This document shows positions 54,905 to 63,934 of a stretch of DNA of 64,000 bases, in pieces; within the stretch, counting starts at the first letter, position 1; each line of letters opens with the position of its first letter. A program made the position numbers and the translations under genes. Source of the DNA: Gemmatimonadaceae bacterium (GTDB lineage Bacteria > Gemmatimonadota > Gemmatimonadetes > Gemmatimonadales > Gemmatimonadaceae); contig DASYSS010000104.1 in assembly GCA_036003045.1 (NCBI GenBank), forward strand, positions 94,901 through 158,900, in the 5' to 3' direction. The notes below the pieces were generated by a model. That model was given only the letters and a program-made list of their open reading frames with translations, was not told the origin of the DNA and made no database searches.

Positions 54905-57900
54905 CTACGGCTTCTTGCCCTTACCGATCGAGCGGTAGTACTCCTCGACGTTCTGTTTGTACGCCGGCGGGACGTCGCCAGACCGCTCCAGCAGAACGCG
55001 TGTCGAGTCGGATTCACCGAGCTTCCGACGAAGGCCGAATTCGAAATCTTTGAAGCCTTCGATGGTCTTCGCGCGCAGGTCCGACGAGATGCGCGGATCC
55101 TCGAGCGCCCGCGTGTTGGTGAGCTGCTTCAGATTGTCGATCGCCTGATCGAGCTGCTTCGTGGCCAGCCCTTGCCGCTGCAGCTCGGTGCGGAGCGCCT
55201 GCGCGTCGGCGAGACGCTGCTGCGCTTCGCGGCTGAACTGCTGCGCGTCGTCGGGCGAAAGCCGTCCGTTCGGAATTCCGCCGCCCGGCACGCCGTTCGG
55301 ATTCAACGGGCCGCCCATGCCGTTCTGCTGCTGCGAGCCGGGACGACCACCGGGAATCCCACCGCCGTTGGCCTGCTGCTGCCGACCGTTCTGACCTTGG
55401 CCGTTTCCACCCTGCCCTTGCTGTCCCTGTTGGCCCTGGCCCTGGCCTTGGCCCTGCTGGCCTTGGCCCTGCTGGCCTTGTTGCCCCTTGCCTTGCTGGC
55501 CCTGCTGTCCCTGCGAACCCTGCGCTTGGCCTTGGCCCTGTTGGCCCGGTGAACCTTGCGCCTGTCCTTGGCCTTGTTGCCCTTGTTGCCCTTGGCTCTG
55601 ACCACGCTGGCCTTGCTGGCCCTGGGCCTGGCCCTGCCCCTGCTGTCCTTGCTGACCCTGGCCGCGCTGGTCCTGTTGCGATTGCCCCTGGCCTTGCTGA
55701 CCCGACTGACCACCTTGTTGTAGACGACGGCCTTGATCGGCGCCCTGGCCGGTCGCGCCATTCTGTTCCGCGCGTTGGCGCATGCGCTCGTCCATCGACT
55801 CGAGCCCGCGCACCAGATCACGCGTCTTGTCCGCGGCCTGCGCTTGCTGACGCTGGCCATTGCCGTTCTGCGCGGCGGTCTGCGCCTGCTGCATTCGCTG
55901 ACCGAGATCGGCGATGTCCGACGCGATCTGCGGCTCCGTCGAATTGAGCCACTCGGCCGGTGCCGTCCGCGCCGCGCCGCTCGAATAGCGGAGCTTCTCT
56001 TCGGTTTTGCGTCCACGCAGCGTGTCCGCGGCGCCGCCAAGCACGCGGGACAGATCTTTCTGGTCGCGGCGGCTGTCGTTGGACATACGGTCGAGCTGAG
56101 ATTTGAGGTCCTTCACGCCCTCCGCCATCGACGCCTTCTGATCGGCGATCGACTGCTGCAGGTCTTTCGTCTGCTGCGAGCCGGAGCCACCAGCCCCTGA
56201 CTGTGCCTGTGTGAGCTTCTGCTCGTCGGACTGCACTTTCTTTTCTTGATCGGCGAGCTGTTGCGCCCGTTTGACCGCGTCGTTCAGGTCGCGCGTCCCT
56301 CGACCGTTGCGTTCCTGGTCGAGTAGGCGGCGAGCGTCGCTCAGGGCCTTGTCTGCCTGGGCCGCGTCACCGGATCCCTTGCTGCCGTTCGCGGCGGCGC
56401 GACGCATCGCGTCAGCGGCGTCCTGCAGACGGCGCGCGGCGTCGGCGAGCGATTGATTCTGCTGTTCGCGCGCGAGGCGCTCGAGCGTGCGGGCCTGATC
56501 TTCGGTCTGCTGCGCGAGATCGCGCTGGCTCTGACCGCCGGACGCACCCGACTGCCCCATGCGCGACAGGCTGTCGGCCTTGGCGCGCGCGCGCTCGTTC
56601 TCCTGCTGTTGGCGTGCGGCGAGTTGGCGCAGCTTCTCCGCCGTCTCGTCGACCTGGTTGTCGGTCTGCTGTTGTTGCTGCTGCTGGCCGCGCTGCACAG
56701 TCTCGTACTGGTTGCGCAGCTTGTCCTTCTGCAACTCGAAGATGTCGGCGAGGTCCTGCGCGTCGGTACGATTTCCGCCCCCACCCCCACCTCCGCCGCC
56801 GCCTCCCATAGAGACCTGGATCTCACGGAACACCGCCTCGGCGCGCTGGAGCTGCGCGAGCGCCTTCTGTTCCGGTGGCAACGCGGACGTCGGCGATCCC
56901 TTGGTCAGATTCTTTTCGGCCGTGTCCATCTCGGCCGCCGCCTTGGGCAAGATCTGCGCGATCTTGTTCCACGCGCTGTCGCCCTGCGCGATGCCGCGCT
57001 CGACGAGCCGGCTCGCCAGCTGGCTGGTCTGCTCGCGCAGTCGCTGCTGCGACAGCCGGATCGTGGCGAGGTTTTCGTCGAACGCTTTCTTGTCCGTCTG
57101 CGCGCTGTCGCGCGAGCTCTTGAACGTCGCCGCGATGATCTCGCGCTGCGTCTGCGAGAGTTGGTTCGCGTCGTTCTGTTGCCCGCCACCGCCGCCGCCA
57201 CCACCGCCGCCCTGCTGCTGGCGGTAGTCGTTCTCATAGGGGCGAACCTGCAAGAAGTAGATGTCGGTCGACGCGCCCTGCGCGCCGGTCACCGCGTTGT
57301 TGTCCGTGGCGTGCGCGTAATACGAGACCACGTCGCCCGGCTCGAGCTTGAGCCCCTCGAGCATGAACGTGTAGCCGGCGGATATGTCCTTGATCGCCTT
57401 CGTGCCGTCGTGCAGCGACATCGTCTGGTCGGGTCCGCCGTTCACCGAGAAGTGCAGATCGACCTTCGCGACGCCGTAGTCGTCTTCAGCGCGAACTTCG
57501 GTGTAGACCTCGTCGACCGAGAGCACCTTCGAGTCGCGGCCGGGCTTCGTGAACTGCACCGTCGGCGGACGGTCGGGCAGCACGTCGATCGTGTAGTTGA
57601 GCGAGCCGGTGACCATGCGCCCGTCGGGTCCCTGGAGCTCGACCTTGTAGAAGCCGGGCTGGTTGACGCGCAGCATCGCCATCAGCTTGCCCCCCCCGTC
57701 TTCGGTCGGCACGAGCTTGAGCGTGTCGCCGCCCTCGACGATGAGCCGGCCTCCGCTCGTCGGCACGGTTGGCGCGACGCGCACACGGACCAGCGTCCCC
57801 TTGAGCGCCGCGATGTCGCCGGTGCTGTCGACGTCGTTCGGCGGCAACTGCGTGTACGCCGGGTATCTGTACTGAAGGTCGATCTGCCGGACGAACGGCA

Positions 57901-58768
57901 GGTTCGACACATCGAGCGTGTATGTGTTCGAGCGAATGCCATTCGCCTCGACCGAGTACTGCGTCTTGGAGCCGATGTCGAAGAGGCGGAACGCGAACAC
58001 GCCGCTCGAGTCGGCCGTCATCGGGAGTCGCGTCCACGTCGTCGAGTCGGCCGCGCGTACCAGGAGCTCGACGTGATCGGACTGGAAGCCGCGCAGGTTG
58101 GCCGAGATCATCTGGTCGCCACCCTTGGCCACCGTCGCGTTCCCCGGCTCGACTGAAATGCTGAACAGCGCCGAGGCGACGTCCGTGCGCCAGGGAACAG
58201 CGACCAGCTTGAGGCCGTTCCTCAGGGCGGGAGGACCGAACATCGTGAGCAGCATCGCCGCGCCGAGCACCGCCGCGAGGATGCCGCCGTTCATCTTCAG
58301 TTCGCCGGCATCGATCGCCTTCCCGTCCCCGGCGAGACGCACGCGCTCCAGCGCCGTGCGCGTCAAACGGTCGATCAGCGCGGGCGACCGCGACGGTACA
58401 GCCGCGGCGCGCGCGCCGTTCCGCATCTCGACGGCGGTGATCACACTCGCGTTGAGCGATCGCTCGTTCTCCTCGAGGTAGAGCGCGACCTGCTCGTCGT
58501 GCAGCTTAGGGAGGAGCGGCCGAATGACGAACCACGCGGCCAATCCGAGGATCGACGCGATGGCGACGATTCGCACGGCCATCACGACCGCGTCGGCATA
58601 GTGGAACGCGTTCATCACCACGCCGCCGAGCGCAATCAGCGCCCAGCCGGCGGCAATCGTGATCGCCGCGCCGCGCAGGGCGAGCTTGAGGCGGTAGCGC
58701 GTGCGTACGTCGCGTACGACGCCGAGAAGCTGCGACTGCTCGCGACTCGAACCGTGAACGCTTTCCAT
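54905..58768 (-). CDS. 1287-aa membrane-anchored coiled-coil protein with Gln/Gly low-complexity tracts (DUF4175-like architecture)
   Basis: The ATG at 58768 follows GGGGGAGGGG. Two N-terminal TM helices are followed by LYLEENERSLNASVITAVEM. There are long Q/A/R-rich helices, two Gly10 runs and a Q/G tract of about 118 aa. Confidence 0.8.
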   Translation of the reverse strand: MESVHGSSREQSQLLGVVRDVRTRYRLKLALRGAAITIAAGWALIALGGVVMNAFHYADAVVMAVRIVAIASILGLAAWFVIRPLLPKLHDEQVALYLEENERSLNASVITAVEMRNGARAAAVPSRSPALIDRLTRTALERVRLAGDGKAIDAGELKMNGGILAAVLGAAMLLTMFGPPALRNGLKLVAVPWRTDVASALFSISVEPGNATVAKGGDQMISANLRGFQSDHVELLVRAADSTTWTRLPMTADSSGVFAFRLFDIGSKTQYSVEANGIRSNTYTLDVSNLPFVRQIDLQYRYPAYTQLPPNDVDSTGDIAALKGTLVRVRVAPTVPTSGGRLIVEGGDTLKLVPTEDGGGKLMAMLRVNQPGFYKVELQGPDGRMVTGSLNYTIDVLPDRPPTVQFTKPGRDSKVLSVDEVYTEVRAEDDYGVAKVDLHFSVNGGPDQTMSLHDGTKAIKDISAGYTFMLEGLKLEPGDVVSYYAHATDNNAVTGAQGASTDIYFLQVRPYENDYRQQQGGGGGGGGGGQQNDANQLSQTQREIIAATFKSSRDSAQTDKKAFDENLATIRLSQQRLREQTSQLASRLVERGIAQGDSAWNKIAQILPKAAAEMDTAEKNLTKGSPTSALPPEQKALAQLQRAEAVFREIQVSMGGGGGGGGGGGNRTDAQDLADIFELQKDKLRNQYETVQRGQQQQQQQTDNQVDETAEKLRQLAARQQQENERARAKADSLSRMGQSGASGGQSQRDLAQQTEDQARTLERLAREQQNQSLADAARRLQDAADAMRRAAANGSKGSGDAAQADKALSDARRLLDQERNGRGTRDLNDAVKRAQQLADQEKKVQSDEQKLTQAQSGAGGSGSQQTKDLQQSIADQKASMAEGVKDLKSQLDRMSNDSRRDQKDLSRVLGGAADTLRGRKTEEKLRYSSGAARTAPAEWLNSTEPQIASDIADLGQRMQQAQTAAQNGNGQRQQAQAADKTRDLVRGLESMDERMRQRAEQNGATGQGADQGRRLQQGGQSGQQGQGQSQQDQRGQGQQGQQGQGQAQGQQGQRGQSQGQQGQQGQGQAQGSPGQQGQGQAQGSQGQQGQQGKGQQGQQGQGQQGQGQGQGQQGQQGQGGNGQGQNGRQQQANGGGIPGGRPGSQQQNGMGGPLNPNGVPGGGIPNGRLSPDDAQQFSREAQQRLADAQALRTELQRQGLATKQLDQAIDNLKQLTNTRALEDPRISSDLRAKTIEGFKDFEFGLRRKLGESDSTRVLLERSGDVPPAYKQNVEEYYRSIGKGKKP
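55367..55720. repeat. Imperfect trinucleotide-based repeats (CTG/GCC on the plus strand) encoding the (Q/G)n tract
   Basis: The encoded tract reads QGQGQSQQDQRGQGQQGQQGQGQAQGQQGQRGQSQGQQGQQGQGQAQG.... On the plus strand this appears as ctgccc/ttgctg/ggcctt iterations. Confidence 0.6.
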
Positions 58769-58797
58769 GGTCCCCTCCCCCTTTCCCACTTCCTTCG

Positions 58798-60885
58798 TCA
58801 GCTCGTCGCGCGCGAGAGGCGATTCGAGACCGCCGTCTCGCCGGCCAGCACCAGCACCGCGACGAGCAAGAGATACCACCACAGCCGCTGACGACGCTCC
58901 TGGTCCTGCGGCGTCGCGGCGTTGAAGTCACTCCCGGCCTGCTGCTGCGCGCTCGCCGACGTCACCGCGGCGACGAGGTCCAACGGATCAAGATGCGACA
59001 AGTCCGACTCCGACGCATCGATGTTGACCGCGATCGGCCGGCCACTGCCGACCGGTGTGTCCCGGCCGCGCAACTCGTAAAACCCACGCTCGTGAAGTGT
59101 GACGAGGTGGTTCGGACCGGTCGCGGTCACTCGTTGTTTAACTCCGGACGGCGACTCGAGCGTCAATTCGGTGAGGCTATCGGCCGTGCGCCCGCCGAGG
59201 AATGGCGCCGTCAGCTCGCCGTGCCTCGAGAGGTCGAGCACTTCCCCGGTGACGAACGACGGCCGCGGGTCGATGTACCGGCCGACGTGCTTTCCGAACT
59301 GGTGCACGAACGGGAGGAAGACCGGCTGGAGCGGAAGATTCGTCCAGTACGAGTCGATGGTCGACGACCAGATCACGACGCGTCCGCTTCCGACCGCGCG
59401 CTCGACGAGCGCCGGGGATCCATCGTCGAAGCGCGCCGAGATCAGCGCCCCGGGGGACGGCGTCAACGCTCGATACCTATAAAAGCGGGCGGTGGTGAAG
59501 TCGCCGCTGCGCGGTGCGTTGAACAGCTCGAACACGGGGCTCGCGTAGTCGATCGACGACAGCGTGCCGCCGGCGTCCGATGTCCGATCGACGACGGGGC
59601 CGATCGTCGCGGGCAGCATCGCGCGCCAGGCCTGCGCCCACGTTTCGCTCCGCTCCGGGCCGGGCACGAAGACGATTCCGCCGCCCTCGTCGAGAATCGC
59701 TTTCAACTGTTGGCCGACCGCCCCGGTTGGTAACGGCGGCGCGACTTCGTCGAGCACGACGAGCGAGCGGCCGTCCAGATCTCGCGGCGTGAGCGAACCA
59801 ACCGACTTCACGTCCACCCGGAAGCTCGGCCGGTCGCCGATCGACAGCGCTCGGCTCAGGTAGAGGCTTTGGTTCGGGCGCGGGGAATTTGGCTCGACGA
59901 TCAGCACGGGCACGGACGCGTCGGGCGCGATCGTGAAGTTGCTCACGTCGTCGAGCGTCAGCGAATCCGGCGTGATGGCGATCGAGGCTTTGGTGGGCGC
60001 GTTCGGCACTGGGATCGACGTGAACGCCACCTGGAGGGCGCCGCTGGCCGGAACGTTGACGTGCTGCGTCTGCACCGTGCGTCCGCCGACGGAGAGCGTC
60101 GCCGAGACCGGCCGTGCGTTCTTGCCCGTGTTGATGAGACGCGTCGCGACGCTCACGTGATCGCGTACGCCGTTGCTGTCGCGGTCGGTCACCGGCTGCG
60201 TGACCGCGACATCCGCCGCCGTCGCGCCGCCGACATCTATGGGTGTGATGGTCGTACCGCGGGGAAAGACGATTTCGTTGTGGTTCGCCCACGCGTTCTT
60301 CTGGAAGTCCGAGACGACGACCACCTCGCGCTGCGGGAGTGTGGACGCGGAGATGATCTGCGACGCCAGCTTGAGCGCGGGGGCGTATTTCGTGGCTTCG
60401 TCGCCGAGCTTCGCGGCGCCGATCGCGGCCGCGACACGGTCCGCGGGCGCCATCGGCTCGCTGGCGACGATGGCGTCGTCGTCGAACAAGACGAGCGTCG
60501 CGCGGTCGGTGCCGGTCAGCGCGCGCACGGTCTTGCGCGCCGCGGCCTGCGCGCGCGACCACCGGTCGCCGTACGCCATGCTCGCCGACCGGTCGAGGAG
60601 AACGACGACCTCTTTCGCGCCGCTCGTCGAGATCGCTGCCGCGTGGCGCGAGAAGAACGGCCGGGCGAACGCGGCGACGAGGAGCGCGAGCGCCGCGCAT
60701 CGGAGCATGAGCAGCAACAGATGCCGGAGCTTCTGCCGCCGCACCGAGCGATACGGAATGCGCTGCAGGAACATCAGCGACGGAAACTCGACGACGACTC
60801 GTCGCTCGCGGTGGATCAGATGGATGATCACCGGAACGGCGATGGCGGCGAGACCGGCGAGGAACGCGGGAGCGAGGAAATTCAC
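58798..60885 (-). CDS. BatA_N double-TM plus von Willebrand factor A domain protein
   Basis: GTG start. MNFLAPAFLAGLAAIAVPVIIHLIHRERR is the aerotolerance-regulator N-terminal domain. VVVLLDRSASM is a VWA MIDAS start. A C-terminal TM helix is present. Confidence 0.88.
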   Translation of the reverse strand: MNFLAPAFLAGLAAIAVPVIIHLIHRERRVVVEFPSLMFLQRIPYRSVRRQKLRHLLLLMLRCAALALLVAAFARPFFSRHAAAISTSGAKEVVVLLDRSASMAYGDRWSRAQAAARKTVRALTGTDRATLVLFDDDAIVASEPMAPADRVAAAIGAAKLGDEATKYAPALKLASQIISASTLPQREVVVVSDFQKNAWANHNEIVFPRGTTITPIDVGGATAADVAVTQPVTDRDSNGVRDHVSVATRLINTGKNARPVSATLSVGGRTVQTQHVNVPASGALQVAFTSIPVPNAPTKASIAITPDSLTLDDVSNFTIAPDASVPVLIVEPNSPRPNQSLYLSRALSIGDRPSFRVDVKSVGSLTPRDLDGRSLVVLDEVAPPLPTGAVGQQLKAILDEGGGIVFVPGPERSETWAQAWRAMLPATIGPVVDRTSDAGGTLSSIDYASPVFELFNAPRSGDFTTARFYRYRALTPSPGALISARFDDGSPALVERAVGSGRVVIWSSTIDSYWTNLPLQPVFLPFVHQFGKHVGRYIDPRPSFVTGEVLDLSRHGELTAPFLGGRTADSLTELTLESPSGVKQRVTATGPNHLVTLHERGFYELRGRDTPVGSGRPIAVNIDASESDLSHLDPLDLVAAVTSASAQQQAGSDFNAATPQDQERRQRLWWYLLLVAVLVLAGETAVSNRLSRATS

Positions 60886-60897
60886 CTGGGGGGGTCC

Positions 60898-61854
60898 CTA
60901 TCGCACCCGGTTGAAGTTCTGCCGCGAGGCCAGGTACGAGAACAGCGCGCGGTCGAGCGGCTTGGAGGTGTCGAACAGCGCGTAGTCGGCGCGCGATTCC
61001 CCGATGCGCTTGGAGAGCGCGTCGGTGTGCTGCTGCACGAGCTCGCGATACTGCTTGCGCAAGTATTCGGGGATGATCGGCATCTTCGTCCCCGTTTCCA
61101 TGTCGATGAAGTTGCTCGCGTCGGAGAACGAGAAATCGATCTCGCGGGGGTCGAGCAGGTGGAACACGATCACGTCGTTGCCGCGTCCGCGTAGATGGGT
61201 GAGCGCGCGCAGAACGTCGTCCGGATCTTCGTACAGATCCGAGATGAGGACGACGACGCTTCGGCGGCGCAGCGACTCGGAGAGCTTCTTGAGCGGCGGC
61301 TGGAGGAGCGTCGCGCCCGGCGCGGGCTTCGCGCCGCGCGACCCGCCCTCGATTCGCTCGAGCGAGTGCAGCACGAGCTGGAGATGTTTGGCCGACGGCG
61401 GCACGTAGTCCACGACGTCGCGGTCGATCGCGACGAAGCCCACGCGATCGCGCTGCAGGCTCGAGAAGTATGTGAGGCACGCGGCGAGATAGCATCCGTA
61501 CGTCAGCTTCGAGACTCGCCCTGACTCGCCCTGTCCCGTGTCGCCGCCGTATCGCATCGACGGCGAGACGTCGAGCACCACCACGAAATTCGTGTTCGTG
61601 TCGGCCTCGTATTCTTTCACGTAGTGCCGGTCCGTGCGCGCGTAGAGGCGCCAATCGATGCGGCGGATGTCATCGCCCGGCATGTAGGCGCGATGCTCGG
61701 CGAAGTCTGTCGACGACCCCAGATGCGGCGAACGATGGAGGCCGTTGATGAACCCTTCGACGACGACTTTCGCGAGCAGCTCGAGATTCCCGATCCGCGC
61801 CAGAACGGCGGGATCGAGAAAGCTGGTGGGCTGGGTCGCGACCGCGGTTGCCAT
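60898..61854 (-). CDS. DUF58 domain protein (MoxR-associated, VWA-like)
   Basis: GLHRSPHLGSSTDFAEHRAYMPGDDIRRIDWRLYARTDRHYVKEYE is the hallmark DUF58 motif. Confidence 0.92.
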   Translation of the reverse strand: MATAVATQPTSFLDPAVLARIGNLELLAKVVVEGFINGLHRSPHLGSSTDFAEHRAYMPGDDIRRIDWRLYARTDRHYVKEYEADTNTNFVVVLDVSPSMRYGGDTGQGESGRVSKLTYGCYLAACLTYFSSLQRDRVGFVAIDRDVVDYVPPSAKHLQLVLHSLERIEGGSRGAKPAPGATLLQPPLKKLSESLRRRSVVVLISDLYEDPDDVLRALTHLRGRGNDVIVFHLLDPREIDFSFSDASNFIDMETGTKMPIIPEYLRKQYRELVQQHTDALSKRIGESRADYALFDTSKPLDRALFSYLASRQNFNRVR

Positions 61855-61860
61855 GGTCGA

Positions 61861-62904
61861 CTACATCCCCGACTTCGGGAGCGGCACGGCGCGCAGCAGC
61901 TTGTCGATGATCTGATCTGCCGTCACGTGCTCCGATTGCGCGTGGAAGTTCGTCAGTACGCGGTGACGCATCACCGGTTTGGCCAGCGCGCGGATGTCGT
62001 CGAAGCTCACGTTGTAGCGGCCATCCATGAGCGCGCGTGCCTTGCCGCCAAGAATCAAGTGCTGCGGCGCGCGCGTGCTGGCGCCGTACGACACCCACTG
62101 CTTGATGAAGTCGGGCGCGTTCGGTCCCGGGCGGCTCGTGCGCGCGAGGGCCACCGCGTACCGCGCAACCGGCTCGGCGATCGGCACGCGACGGATGAGC
62201 TGCTGGAAGGCGACGATGTCGGCGCCGGTGACAGCGTGTTGAAAGCGGTAGTTCTGCACGGCGGTCGTCTGCGTCGCCACACGGACCTCGTCGTCTTCCG
62301 GCAGATAGTCCATGATGATGTGGAACATGAACCGGTCGAGCTGCGCTTCAGGCAATGGATACGTGCCCTCGAGCTCGATCGGGTTCTGCGTGGCGAAGAC
62401 GTGGAACGGCTCCTTGAGCGTGTACGTCTTGCCTTGCACCGTGACGCGATGCTCTTGCATCGCCTCGAGCAGCGCCGCCTGGGTTTTGGGCGGCGTACGG
62501 TTGATTTCGTCGGCGAGGACGATGTTGGCGAAGATCGGTCCCGGCGTGAACACGAGCCGCCGACCGCCCGTCTCCGGATCGTCCTGAATGATGTCCGTAC
62601 CGGTGATATCGCTCGGCATCAGGTCGGGCGTGAACTGGATGCGCGAAAACTTGAGGTCGAGCACCTGCGAGACGGTGTTGATCAACAGCGTCTTGGCCAG
62701 GCCGGGCACGCCGACGATCAGACTGTTGCCGCCGGTGAAGAGCGACAGCAGCACGAGCTCGATCACGTCCTCTTGGCCGACGATCAACTTGTGCAGCTCG
62801 GAGATGATCTGGTCATGTCCGGCTTTGAGCCGGTCCGCGAGCGCGATGTCGTCGTGGGATTCGAGCGCCGGTGCCTTCGTTTGAGGCGTAATCGTCGAGG
62901 CCAA
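61861..62904 (-). CDS. MoxR-family AAA+ ATPase
   Basis: The sequence IVGQEDVIELVLLSLFTGGNSLIVGVPGLAKT contains Walker A. ADEINR is Walker B. The sequence ALLEAMQEHRVTV is typical of AAA_3. The only in-frame start available is an apparent TTG. Confidence 0.92.
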   Translation of the reverse strand: MASTITPQTKAPALESHDDIALADRLKAGHDQIISELHKLIVGQEDVIELVLLSLFTGGNSLIVGVPGLAKTLLINTVSQVLDLKFSRIQFTPDLMPSDITGTDIIQDDPETGGRRLVFTPGPIFANIVLADEINRTPPKTQAALLEAMQEHRVTVQGKTYTLKEPFHVFATQNPIELEGTYPLPEAQLDRFMFHIIMDYLPEDDEVRVATQTTAVQNYRFQHAVTGADIVAFQQLIRRVPIAEPVARYAVALARTSRPGPNAPDFIKQWVSYGASTRAPQHLILGGKARALMDGRYNVSFDDIRALAKPVMRHRVLTNFHAQSEHVTADQIIDKLLRAVPLPKSGM

Positions 62905-62958
62905 GAGAAAATCTCGGTTGAGGTGATTCCCGGTACGAACAAATCAACAGCCTTGAAC

Positions 62959-63062
62959 CGCAGAGGACGCAGGGAACGCGGAGGTCCGCAGAGGACTGCA
63001 TCGATCTTGTGTTGGTCAGTCCACGTTGTTTCTCTGCGTCTCTGCGTCTCTGCGTCTCTGCG
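62959..63062. repeat. Inverted clusters of CGCAGAG-type short units (REP-like hairpin element), copy 2
   Basis: Left arm CGCAGAGGA-CGCAGGGAA-CGCGGAGGTC-CGCAGAGGAC (62959-62996). Right arm (CTCTGCGT)x4 (63032-63062), followed by GGTGAGGCAGTT, the same tail as copy 1. It ends 20 nt from the stop at 63083. Confidence 0.65.
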
Positions 63063-63082
63063 GTGAGGCAGTTTCGTTTTGC

Positions 63083-63934
63083 CTAGTGAGTCAAAGCGTA
63101 GATCACGTAGTTGATGCCTAGCTTGTAGATCTCGTTCGCTTGGGCAATGGGTACAAAGCCCGACGAGGACCACTGCCACGACTCGCCGATGTCGTTGTCG
63201 ACGTTGGCGAGCACGATCATACGCTTCTTCGGGTCGTTGTCCTGGTACACCGTCCAGTACGTCGGCGGCTGATTGCCGTACGCCGACCGCGACGGCCAGA
63301 CGACCGCCGACTTCATGTCGATGTCGAAGAACGAGTGAAAGATCTGCTCGTTGCCGGTGAGCTGCACCCATTTCGCGCTGGGGATCGCGGCCGCCATGAT
63401 CTGGCGCAGATTGGTCCAGTCGTAGTTGCCGCCCCACCCTTCACGGAAATCGTCGAAGATCATGAAGCCGCCCTTCAACAGATACGAACGGAACGCGGCG
63501 ACCTCCTTCTCCGACGGATGCCAACCGCCCGGCTCCGACATGTAGCTCACGGGATACTTGAAGAGCAGCGGGTCGTCCACCGCGACGAGAACGCTCCCCA
63601 CCATCGGGCCCTGCACCACGAACGGATGCACGTTCGTGATGTCGCGCAGGATCTTCGCGAAGTTCTCTTCGGCGTCCGGATAGTCGTGCGACCACCCGGG
63701 CCCTTCCCGCCCGGCCCAATGGTCGAAGCCTTTGTATCGAATGCGCGCGAACGTGAAGCGGCCGTCGTACGGAACGTTCCCGGCGAATTCCGGCGGCTGG
63801 TACATCTCATCGGGACCGCCGAAGTACTGACCGAATCCCCCACCGCCTCGTGTCGGCCGACGCTGCGCCGACCCCGCGCTGACGGCGACGGCGCTCACCG
63901 CGCAGACGAGTGCCGCGATTCGGATGGAGTTCAT
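63083..63934 (-). CDS. DUF4159 domain protein, secreted
   Basis: Signal peptide. YDGRFTFARIRY...GWSHDYPDAEENF...YMSEPG.W..S..E...R.YLLKGGFMIFDDF is typical of DUF4159. Confidence 0.9.
   Translation of the reverse strand: MNSIRIAALVCAVSAVAVSAGSAQRRPTRGGGGFGQYFGGPDEMYQPPEFAGNVPYDGRFTFARIRYKGFDHWAGREGPGWSHDYPDAEENFAKILRDITNVHPFVVQGPMVGSVLVAVDDPLLFKYPVSYMSEPGGWHPSEKEVAAFRSYLLKGGFMIFDDFREGWGGNYDWTNLRQIMAAAIPSAKWVQLTGNEQIFHSFFDIDMKSAVVWPSRSAYGNQPPTYWTVYQDNDPKKRMIVLANVDNDIGESWQWSSSGFVPIAQANEIYKLGINYVIYALTH

Noticed and set aside
55172-55552. Plus-strand ORFs (for example 55172-55552 and 55549-55947) across the Q/G repeat, read as Leu/Ala-rich proteins
   Set aside because: They are antisense translations of the trinucleotide repeat. 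The minus-strand frame is continuous with conserved N- and C-terminal domains of the giant protein.
59477-61654. 725-aa minus-strand ORF overlapping the BatA/VWA and DUF58 genes in another frame
   Set aside because: The sequence is low-complexity and Arg-rich. The alternative frames carry hallmark DUF58 and BatA_N/VWA motifs.
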